Source: Octopus vulgaris
Lineage: Eukaryota
Length of the DNA stretch: 64,000 nucleotides
Direction of reading: 5' to 3'
Assembly: GCA_951406725.2 (NCBI GenBank)
Contig: OX597830.1
Span: forward strand, 41,850,001-41,914,000
Shown here piece by piece: positions 11,063 to 23,000 of this stretch. A program made the position numbers and the translations under genes. Within the stretch, counting starts at the first letter, position 1. Each line of letters begins with the position of its first letter. Below the pieces are notes generated by a model, which ran no database searches, was not told where the DNA came from, and was given only the letters and a program-made list of their open reading frames with translations.

Positions 11063-14000
11063 GGTTTCAAATTTTGCCACAAGGGCAGCTATTGTGGGGA
11101 AGGGGCATGTCGATTACATCAACCCCAGTGGTACTTATTTTATCCATCCCCAAAGGATGAAAGGTAAAGTCGACATTGGTGGAATTTGAACTCAGAATAT
11201 AGCAACGGGTTAAATACTGCTGAGCATTTCGCCTGGCAGCTCACTGCCTTAATAATAATAATAATAATAATATATATATTCCTTTACTACCCACAAGGAG
11301 CTAAACACAGAGAGGACAAACAAGGACAGACAAATGGATTAAGTCGATTACATCGACCCCAGTGTGTAACTGGTACTTAATTTATCGACCCCGAAAGGAT
11401 GAAAGGCGAAGTCGACCTCGGCGGAATTTGAACTCAGAACGTAATTAATAAGAATAATAATAGTAATAATAATAATAATAATGATTTCAAATTGTGGTAC
11501 AAGGCCTGCAAATTCAGGGGCGGGGCAAATCAATTATATCAATCCCAGTGTTCAACCACTTTACAACTATCACATGATGTCAAAATGTGGCAACACAAAC
11601 AAACATGTATACATGACAGGCTTCTTCCAGTTTTCGTTTACAATATCCACACTTGTCCAAGGTACCACACAGTGGGACTGAACCCCAAACCACATTGGTT
11701 GGGAAGCAAGCTCCTTAACCACTCAGCCATGCCTGCCCTTATACATGTGTGTGTATGTATATAAACATGTATATATGTGTATGTATATATATATCATTAT
11801 TATCTAACGTCCTTAGGTGGAATCCTGTGTAAATCCGATTGGAAAGTTGAACTGTGAACTTTTATGTTTTTTTCTTATTTTTCTTCATTTCATTAATCTA
11901 TACCCTTCTTATTTTCCCAATTTGTCTCTGATGACGGAACATCCCATACTCTGGGATATCTCAGAAACAGCTGTAAGGCTTTGGATTTTTTCCAATAATA
12001 ATAATAACGTATACGATTTGAGATGGTTGCCTTGCCTTAACATTTGTTGTCCTCTTTAACAATTATATATCTGCTATATCGGAAATCTACAATGGTTCCA
12101 TAACTCCCATCCCAGCTATAACCTTAGAACCCTGGTAATCCGTTACAGCACTTACCCAGCATACCTAGTTGTTTAGATTACCTGTGAACTAAATCCCCAT
12201 ATTTTATAAGTACATCAACATCAAAAACCAGTGGAAATTGTAGTTGTGATCCCTTTGCTGGTGGCACGTAAAAAGCACCATACAAATGTGGCCGATGCCA
12301 GCACCGCCTTGACTGGCTTTCGTACCGGTGGCATGTAAAAAGCACCAGCCGATCGTGGCCATTGCCAGCTACACCTGGCACCTGTGCCGGTGGCACGTAA
12401 AAAGAACCCACTACACTCACGGAGTGATTGGCATTAGGAAGGGCATCCAGCTGTAGAAACACTGCCAGATCAGACTGGAGCCTGGTGCAGCCTTCTGGCT
12501 TCCCAGACCCTGGTTGAACTGTCCAACCCATGCTAGCATGGAAAACGGACGTTAAACGATGATGATGATGATTATATAGTTGTGGTCATTGCCGATCATA
12601 GTCATAATGGCACCTGTGCCAGTGGCGTAAAAATACCTATTACTCTCTCATAGATTGGTGTTAGGAAGGGTATCCAATCATAGGAACCATGCCAAATCAG
12701 ATTGGAATCTGGTGCAGCCCTCCTGCTTACTGGTTCCAGTCAAACCGTCTAATCATTCCAGCATGGAAAGCAGAAGTTAAATGATGATGATAATGATATA
12801 TACAAACACACACACATGAAAAAGAAGCAAAACTGTGACCCTGAGGTGCAAGGTGATAATGACAACAGTAACAGTGAAAACTTTACTTACTGATTATCCC
12901 TGAGTTTTATTTTCATTGAATTAAAATCCATTGGTTTCTTTATATATTTCTTATATGATGGAAACTGTTTTAAATTCACAGGTTGCAAAAATGGCCAACC
13001 ATTTTTGTTTTTTTCCAGTTCCAAAAGAATGGTTCTGAAGAGAAGCAGGAATTAAAGAAAATATCAAAAACCATATCAGTATTAAAAAACAGAAGAGACT
13101 AAAATAGAAGATATTAGGATTCTTGCCTGAAGTTTCACAGGTTGGAGTCAAATCTAAGTCCATTTCATTGTAAAGCCGACTTCTTCACTGCACAGCCAAA
13201 AATGGGTTTTGGAAACTAGAATTGGTCAGTGAACACAACACAATCTGTGAGTCATTGAAGAATTACCTTCTGTCTTTTACTTGTTTTAGTTAAAGGACTG
13301 TGGCCATGCTGGGGCATTGCCTTGAAGGGTTTATTTTACTCAAAACAAACTGACCCAGTACTTATTCTATCAGTCTCTTTTGAACCACTTAGTTACAGGG
13401 AATGTAAACAAACCAACAATGGTTGTCAGGTGGTGTGGAGAGACCTCCCAACCACCACATACACATGATGGACTTCCCCAGTTTTCACCCACCAAATTTA
13501 CTCACAAGGCATTGGTCAGCCTAGGGCTATAATAGAAGACATTTGCCCACAGTGCTGTGCAGTGGGACTGAACTCAAAATCATATGGTTGCAAATTTGGC
13601 TTTTTTATAAACTTCATACAATACGACTGATCACCTTTGCCTTTCAGAAATTAAAAAAAAAATACTTAAAAACTAATATAGAAGAAAGAAACTTACTTGC
13701 AACATGCCATTTCTTTAGCAAATTGTTCCTTTTTCTTTTCTTCGTCTGATTTGCTGTTTTCCAAATTTTTTTTTTCCTTTTTTATAGTTTCTTCTTTTTT
13801 TTTCCGCCCACGCTTTGATTTCTTTGTACCCTGTAGAAAGAAAAAGAAAGACAGGAAATTGAATTATTCTGTCCTTTTGTTACACAAGAAGTGATTTTAA
13901 TGAAAAGGAAAGTACAACAGAACATGTAAAATATGCTTTGTGTATTTTCTGACATACAAGTCGAATGTTTCAGACTAAAAAGGACAGCAAAAAATAAAAA

Positions 14001-17000
14001 AAAGGGAGGTTGATTCATACACCAAAGCAACTTTGGAGGACTAAAAACTCCATGTGATATGCAGCAGGATTTAGAAAAAATAGGGACAATGTTTGAATGT
14101 TTAGACCAGCGGTTTTCAACTGGGGTTCCAGATAATAGCCCTAAGGGATCTACATAAGATTTTGTTGTTGAAATTTATCTGCAATAAGTTGGTTAGAGTT
14201 CTACAATGCACAAAATATTTTAACAATTTTTAAAAAATGCAATTCCTAATAATATTTGACTCTGCCAGTGTTGGTGCCATGCAAAAAGCACCCAATCATT
14301 ACTGCAAAGTGGTTGGTGTTCGGAAGAGCATCTAGCTGTAAAAACCTTGCCTGTGCTGGTGCCATATAAAATGTACTTGGTCCACTCTGTGGAGTGGTTG
14401 GTGTTTGGAAGGACATCCAGCAGTAAGAACCATTTCAAAACAGACACAGAAGTCTGGTGCAGTCCACTGCCTGGCCAGCTCCTGTCAAACCATCCAACCC
14501 ATGCCAGCATGGAAGGAGGACGTTGATGATGAAAAATATAATGGGACATTTTAAAACTTTGAATGTTCATTAGGGTCCAGTAGAGTATAACAGGAACCAA
14601 AGGGGTCCACGGAAATGGTTGAGAATCGCTGATTTACATTATTTACTACAATGTTGCCAAGAAGAGTCTGGCTACACTTGGTCCTATAAGTTGTACCAAC
14701 TTCTTTCTCCAAGATAAAACAGTAAACAAAAATTAAATGAAATAAGATGCTTACCTTTCCAGCCACACAGGATGCACATAACCACTTTTTTGGTAACCTG
14801 ATGAAGAGAGAATAAATAGGATGAATATATATTCAAGAAATGATGGGATCATTTATATATAGATATGTGAGTAAATATCTGTCACTTTCCTCTCACCAAC
14901 CAATTCCTCACCCTCTGATCCACAATCTATCATCTTCATATTTTCTCTCCCCCACTTCCCTCCCCTCCCTTGTCCTGCTGGGGCTGCCAAGTATCTCCTC
15001 TGTAAGACAGCTATCCCTGTCCCTCCATCATATTCCAACACCTCACCTGGCACACAGCCACTTATTTCGGTCCCTCACCTGAGATATCCTTGTCTAGCAA
15101 GCCACTTGACAACCCCACTAGTACCACTTAAATGTAAGAAGCGCTAGGGCTAATGTCACATATAAAGCACCCTTGCTGGTGCCACATGAGAAGCACCTGT
15201 GCTGACGTCATGTAAAGTGGACCCAGTACACTCTATAAAGTGGTTGGCATTAGGAAGGCATCTAGCCATAGAAACCATGCCAAAAACAGATGACTGGAGC
15301 TTGGTGCAGCCATCTGTACAACCAGCTCTTGAGCTGAACCAGTTCTAACCACTGAGCTGCATACTTCTACAGAACAGTTACAACATAGATTAAAAACCTG
15401 TTCTTGAATTATTATACTTACCTGACATCTACCTCAGCTCTATGGTACTTACTATAAAACAGCCAATTAATATTATTTAATAGTGAGGCTGAAGACTGTT
15501 GAGTTGGGTCAAACTGTATAGTATCTTGTAGTAGTAGTATAGAGACATGCTGTAACAGTGTGTTGCCCTTGCATCCACCATTTGTTGGTGATTCCCTACT
15601 ATTCCTGGCAGATGACACCTTTGCACCACTCAGGCTATAACCCTCCAACCCAGGGGTCTGTTTGGGGTAGTTGTTGCTAGTGATGGTTTTATAAGGTTGG
15701 AATGTAAATCCTACCTCAAGCCCTTTTAATTGTCTTTTATGACACAGGAAATGTTAGGTCTAGTCTTTGGCATGCTGGTCTCTACACTGTACTTTCATGC
15801 TGTGAAGGGACTGGCATGTGTAAAGTACCTGGCTAGATATATTTGAATCTATTGATTCTGAGTTCAAAACTTGCCTTGCACACTTCTGCAATAGGCCAAT
15901 AAATAGTTTAATTACCAGTTATATACTGGAGTTATAGAGCAGTATGATTAAATATTTGAGAAGTTTGTTTTGTAATTGCAAGGTCCACTACTCTCAATTT
16001 TTGACTGGTACATTATTTTACTACCCCCACCTGCCCTGGACAAAAAGCGAAGTTGACCCCAGAAACTAAAGAGCCAGACATATAGCACAAAGCATTTTTC
16101 CCCCAACACTCTTTATGATGCTACCAATTTGCTACCTTCCCTAAAAATAATGGCATTTATTGAAAGACAACGAAGATTTCTTTGATAAGCATTTACCTTT
16201 GCAATGGAGGAATTAAACAATCTATGTGAAAAGCTCGAGGACATTCATCACAAGTTGCCAGTTTTCCATTTTTCTTGCCACAAGCAACACAGCAAGGGAC
16301 TCCAGTAGCCTAAAATGGAAGAAAAGAGAAAAAAGTATTATCCTTACTGATTAAACTTAAAATCTTGGTTAATTCTTTTCTGCATCACTCCATGGGATTA
16401 ATGATTATCCCTTGCTTTTACATGGATGAGAGACAAATCTCTCCAGGATAGTATGCTAGCTACTCTATTGCAGGTAGTTTCCTACATGGGATGGATTAAA
16501 CTTTATGGTGTGACCGAGGCTCACAAGGGCCAACAAGGAACATACCAATCGGGGAATGTCTGCATCAGGTAAGGACAGCCTTTTTCAAGAAGTGGGCCAC
16601 ATGAGACACAGCTCATTATCAGGTGGCATTACTAAAAAATTTCAAGGTAATTTTTCACTGAGTGTGCAATTCAAACCATCCTGCAGTTTGCCCATCACTG
16701 CTTTATGCACTCCCTTGAAATGATAGAAAAAGGAGTCAAATCTCCCTCAGATCAGACACTGCTGTCTTAAAAGAAAAGGACACATATTAGATTATATGGT
16801 CTTAGATACTACCCAAAAAGTCAGGAAGGTCACAACCAGATTGTCTTGGCCCATTAAATTAGGATTTGGAGCTAAATGACAACAGCTGAGTAGCTATGTC
16901 ATTTGATTTGTTAACAACAATAATCAAATCAATCAACCACACACACATCACTACCTATCATGTAAAATTAAAAAAGGGGACACAACATATTTCGGAGACA

Positions 17001-20000
17001 ATTTTGAAATAATATGACCGAAATATGGACTGACCACAGCAAGAACATTGGTCAGTTTGTATTACAGAATAGGCTTGATCAAGTAAGGTTAAGTTCATTT
17101 TTTTAGTTAATTTTTGAAAAATGAATTATTGAATTCAATTAATTAATAAGTTACTTAATACTCAAAAAGTTCAGTTCCCCTCGTTGAAAATCCCCTTGTA
17201 AAAAGGCTCCAAACAGGATTTGAAACTAAGATGTCAATTTTATTTCTCTTGCAGTAAGAACCACAACTGACTGCTACACTTGCCACATCCAAACATCTAG
17301 GCAGTGGTTCTCAACTAGGGTCCATATGGCCCTTGGGGGTCCACATAAGATTTTGTTGTTAAAATTTATCTGCAATAAACAGGTTATATTCCTACAATGC
17401 ACAAAATATTTTAATAATTATATGATTCCTAATAATATTTAATCATAAAAAATATAATAGGAGTTTTTAGACATCGACTGGCTATGAGGGCCTCACCCTT
17501 TGAGTAAAATAGGGATTAAAGAGGTCCACAAACTAAACACATTTGAGAACTACTGATCTAGACATCTGTGGGCCACATGATATCATTGTTGGCCAGTACT
17601 AGACAGGTACTGTCTTTTATCGACCCTGGAGGCAAGAGAACAAAACTAATTGCAGATTAGAACTCAGAATGTAAAGAGTTGGAAGAAATACTGCAACATG
17701 CTTAATGCTTTTGCTCCCCAACCCTCATTAAAAAAAAAAAAAAAAAAAAAGAAGTCACAAAGATGCTTACTTTGGAAATACATTCATAACAGTACCAGTC
17801 ACCATCAGGAATAGTTTCCATTTTAGGCTGAAAATATAATTATTACAATAAAATGAAATAATGGGTCACTTGTCTTCTTAGTAATAATAATAATAAAGCG
17901 TTCTATATTTTTGGTATTATATTTATGATAAAGAATACTAACTAAATCATATTGATTTTTTTAATTTAGAACAGATATATGCATACAAAAACATACCTGT
18001 TATATAGTCACATAGATAAATATTGATATGTTCACATTGATAAGCATAAAAATGCATACATAAACACTTTATAGTCACAAAGACAAGATAAATATAGAGA
18101 TAAGCATACATATACATGACTGACACAGATAAAAGATAATATAATATTTAGATCAAAACGAGAAGAGAAAAGAGCTGTATTTTCTGGCATACAAGTTCAA
18201 TCTCCAGACCAAAAATTCCATGTGAAATGCTGAAGGATTTGGAAAGATGGTGACAATGTTTGAATGCTTACACTACATGTTTATGCTATGTACTTCACTG
18301 ATTTATATGTTAGAAAATACAGTAAAATGAAGCTCAACAGAGAAAGAGTAATCATGGAAAAAGAATATGTATTTTGTTACCTTGAAGCAGTAAGTGTGGT
18401 AACCTTTATCACAGCCATCACAGAGAAGTAACTCAGCTTCATTGTCATCTTTACGGCAGATCTGACACAGCTGAAAAAAAATAATACAATTCCTGAATAA
18501 TTAACCTTTTAAAGGGATTGAGGAATTCGTTTGGTTATATCTAAAAAAAAGGTCATCAGTTTGTGTCACCTCTTTTTTGGTTTATCTTTTTAGTTAAAAG
18601 GTGCTTTTAACCTTTTAGCATTTAAACAGGCCATATTCAGCCCAAATATTTAGCCTATTCCATGTTCAAACTGGCTAGATTTGACTTCTCACACCTACCC
18701 TATAATGTCGTTCTAAAAATAAACAATTACATCATTGAAATTGCTGCAAGATAATGCACGATTAATTATAGTCTCCTAAGAGTAACATATCCCTTACACA
18801 CACACAGTTATTTATAATGTGAATAAATAAGCATTACATTTGACAAAGTAATCTGAATACTCAAGGTTTAAACTGGACATCCATTGTAAATGCTTGCGAC
18901 AGAGTGGACCCTATTAAAGAAACTCAAGGTACCTATTGGTGGTATTAAGCTAGGCAAGAGATGAAGTCTGCCTTTCACTCTTTGCATTGAGTCTGTGACT
19001 AAGACAACCATTAATCCTTTTAGCATTCAGATTATCCTGCATTATCTCCAAAATTTCAATGATGTGAATGTATATTTTTAGACTGATGTTGTAGGGTAGG
19101 TGTGAGAAGCTGGATCTGGCTAGTTTGAACATAAAACAGGTAGAGTATTTCAGCCTGATAGAGCCAGTGTTAAATCCCTAAATCCATCCGACCGAAAACA
19201 GGTGGCAAAAAGGGGAGCTACCAACTTAGTTGCTACAAACAGAGGCAGCATTGTGCTCAGTCTCAGACCAGCTGTATACATCCCTGACATTCCCCACCCG
19301 ACCAATTTACCTCAGACCACTGTTGCTATTGGATTAAAATTATGATTCTCAGTACTGTGTAAGACTAAAGGTGGAAACACTGATATCAAATTGCATTGGT
19401 GATATATTAGCATGGGAGAGAGAGAAAAACTGTGCATGTGTGTGTGTGTATGTATATATATATATATATATAGCCAAAGGAAGACCAGTCATGGCATATC
19501 TCCTGCAGAGTACAACAGTATCGTCTCTTAAGAGCAAAGTATCCTTTGCACACACACACACACACACATTATCTCTCCCACGCATACAATGCTCTCTTTC
19601 TCTTATATGAACACTCACTCTCTCACTGCAATCTCTCTCTCCTTTTCTCTTTCTTTCATATATCCTCTTTCTCTCTCTCAGCTCCACTGGAAGTCTACTT
19701 CCAGTCAAAGGGCAGATGTGTGGTTTTAAACTCGAAGCTAGTGTTTGCTGGGGATAAATACATCATAGTGATAGGCTGAAGGAACTGATCAGTGAGACAA
19801 AATCACGAGAAGGAAGGAACTGCTCAGAGTCTAAAGAGAACTGCTAACTGGGGCAGAGTTTCACATCAGAGTGGTGCGGAGGTGAGCAGGAACCAGGCAA
19901 ATTCAAAAGAGCAGGCTTCAGTTTAGGCATGATACCATTCAGGGAGAGCGCCTGGAGATGTCATCTGACTCTTTGGAATGTGGTGTGCTTAGAAAATGAA

Positions 20001-23000
20001 ATCTTGGATAAGAATTCATCATCATCATTGTTTTAACATCCACTTTTCTATGCTTGCATAGGTTAGACAGAGTTTAATGAGGCAGATATTCTATGACTGG
20101 ATGCCCTTCCTGTTGCCAACCCTTATCTGTTTCTGAGCAAGGTAATATTTCCTCCATGGTTGGCCAGAGAACTTTTTGCAGAATATTGGTAATGAATGAC
20201 ATCCAGTTACAACAATTCTGCAAGGAGTCACAAAAACATATACGACAGGATTTTTTTCAGTTTCTGTCTACCAACTTCAGTTGGCCCAAGGCTATAGTAA
20301 AACCACTTGTCCAAAGTGCCACACAGAAGGAGTCGGAGTTGTGGAGTCAGGGTTGGTAAAACTATACCAATCCGACCCACAATATCTTTATTCTTTAAAA
20401 TAAAACAGTCATAACATATAGGCCTACTCAAAGTACAAGTGTATGCATATGTAGACCACAATCACTTAATTACATAAAGAGGAGTCAGAGCTGCCAAATA
20501 ATAGAAGAGTTGGAGTCACCAATAACAGAGGAGTCAAAGTTTTTTTGTTTCAATTCCACAGTCCTGCCATGCAGTGACACTGAACCCAAAACCATATAAC
20601 TGGGAAGCAAGTTTCTTACTACACAGCCAAGCCAACTGTTGTGGGGTTCCAGGTCAGACTTGATTTAGCAGACCAACAACCAAAAGCAATTCACTCATGA
20701 CCATCTCATCTTAAAAATCATTAAATTTAATTACCACTTTCATGATTGATTTTTCCCATGCTATAGAGTTAATCAAGAAGTTAGCACATATTGATAACTG
20801 AGCGACAGATTTGGCTGAATGGACGGCATTTCGCCAGGTGAGCAGTCCAGGTGGAACGTCTTCCTCCCCCTCGTCTTTTCTGTTTTCATGGGAACTATTT
20901 TGGTTCTCTCCAGCTAATGCAATATTAGACAAACTAATCTGGATTCTGCAATGAAAGAAAAAAAGTTTTTAGAGATCAAATTTAAATGAGAAGAAAAACA
21001 ATATACACACACATATATATTTTTATATTTGTTTCAGCCATTTGACTGTGGCCATGCTGGTGCACTGCCTTGAAGGGTTTTAGTAGAACAAATCGATCCC
21101 AGGACTTATTTTTTAAAAGTCTAGTACTTATTCTGTTGGTCTCTTTTGCCAAACTGCTAAGTTATGGGAACATAAGCTTACCAACACTGTATATATATAC
21201 GATGGGCTTCTTTCAGTTTCCATCTACCAAATCCACTCACAAGGCTTTGGTCAGCCTGAGGTTATAGTAGAAGGCACTTGCCTGAGGTTCCACATGATGG
21301 TTGGTAAGCAAGCTTCTTATCACACAGCCATTCTTAATGGAAATTAAGATAAACATGAATATAAATGTTTAGTTTCTACAGATGCTTCCCCTTTGCATTT
21401 ATTTGGAACTCAGCATTGAATGTCCCAAATGCATCTGGATGCCTAACTGTATTGGATCATCAGAGGTGTGGAAAAAACAAAGCACCAAGTACTTTCTGTA
21501 AAGCAGCAGCTAGCATTGGGAAGGGCATCCAGCCTTAAAACAAAAATGCCAGCTCCAGTCAAACCGTCCAACCCAGGCCAGCATGGTGATGATGATGAAG
21601 ATAATTTATATATTATCCTTATTAATAAGGATAATAAATAAATATTGTCATCATCAAGTTGTGAACATAAACTGAAAGAGCTAAAAGCATTTGTTTCTGA
21701 AATACTGTAATTACTAGGTTAAGGAAAAAGTTTGTGTGCCGTATTGAAATAATGAACTGAATGAACAAACACACCGCAAAAATATATAAAAAAGCATTAT
21801 TTTAACACTGTGCATGAACTCTTCCTCAACCTAATATTATAATGAGCCATTATTATATATGCTTATTATAATGAGCCATTATTATGTATGTTTATTATAA
21901 TGAGCCATCATTATAAATGTTTCTATTGAAAGAACAAATGAACTTAATAATGAAAGTTTACAGTCTACAGTATGTCTTTTATATTTTTCTGTACAGAAAA
22001 TTTCACTGCAAGGCCCATCCTTTGTTGGAATGTGGCGGCTTGTGTGCCTGAAAGTGGAGTGCAAGCTTTTGGTAGGGCCTCCAATGCTGGACAGGTCAAA
22101 GGACCGAAGTCAGACTAATAAAGGCCACCTCTTCCCAAAGGTGAAAAATGCGTTTGCATAGGGCCAACACCATTTCATAGAAAAAAGTAAAATTCCAGAA
22201 GGATCAGTGACAATTCAAAACTAACAAGACCTGGTAGGGGAAGGTCTTCCTCCAGGGAAAGACGGGATACCGAAGCAGAAATAAAAAAAAAGCAGAGATC
22301 CAACTGGAGAAAAGCTGAAAAGACGACCTGGGGTCAAGAACATTGGAGTAAAGGTGTCAATAGTCTATGTTCCAGAAGGATTTAACCCTTTAACATTCTG
22401 ATTATTTTGTTGAATGTGATGCTTATTTATTCACATTGTTTTGAATTAATCGTGGATTATCTCATAGCTTGGAAATTTTGATAATACGATTGTTGATTTT
22501 TAGAATGACAGTGTAGGGTAGTTGTGAAAGGCCAGATATGGCTAGTTTAAGAGCTAAAGGGGGAAGGAAGTAAATACTGAAGAACAATGGTTGTATTTCC
22601 ACATGTTTGTCAGTAAATTTAGAAGTTACTTTTTTAACCTTTAGTACATTGCATTTTCTTTAGAATTACCTCCCTTTCTACTGCCCTGGTACTACAGGGG
22701 AGAAAACTCATATGGTGACATGATGCACCTACAATGTGCTAAAGGTTAACTAGCAAAGTTATAGGAAAATATAAAATGGTTTTGTGGGAAGAACTTACTT
22801 TTTACATAATGGTGGCTTTAAGTAACGTCGCTCAATATTTCGTTCCAATTTTAAGAGTCGTTTTTGTGCATCTTCTAAGAAACTTTGCTTTTGTTCCTCT
22901 GTTTCTTCACCTGGATTTGGAGGTGGATCACTTTCAGAGGGTGGAGCAACTGGTTTCGGAGGTAACTTTGATCCCTAAAGAAAGAAGGTGGAATTTTAAA

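Noticed and set aside
12951-13163. ORF overlapping the bromodomain exon
   Set aside because: Wrong frame; the true exon is 12891-13034 in another frame
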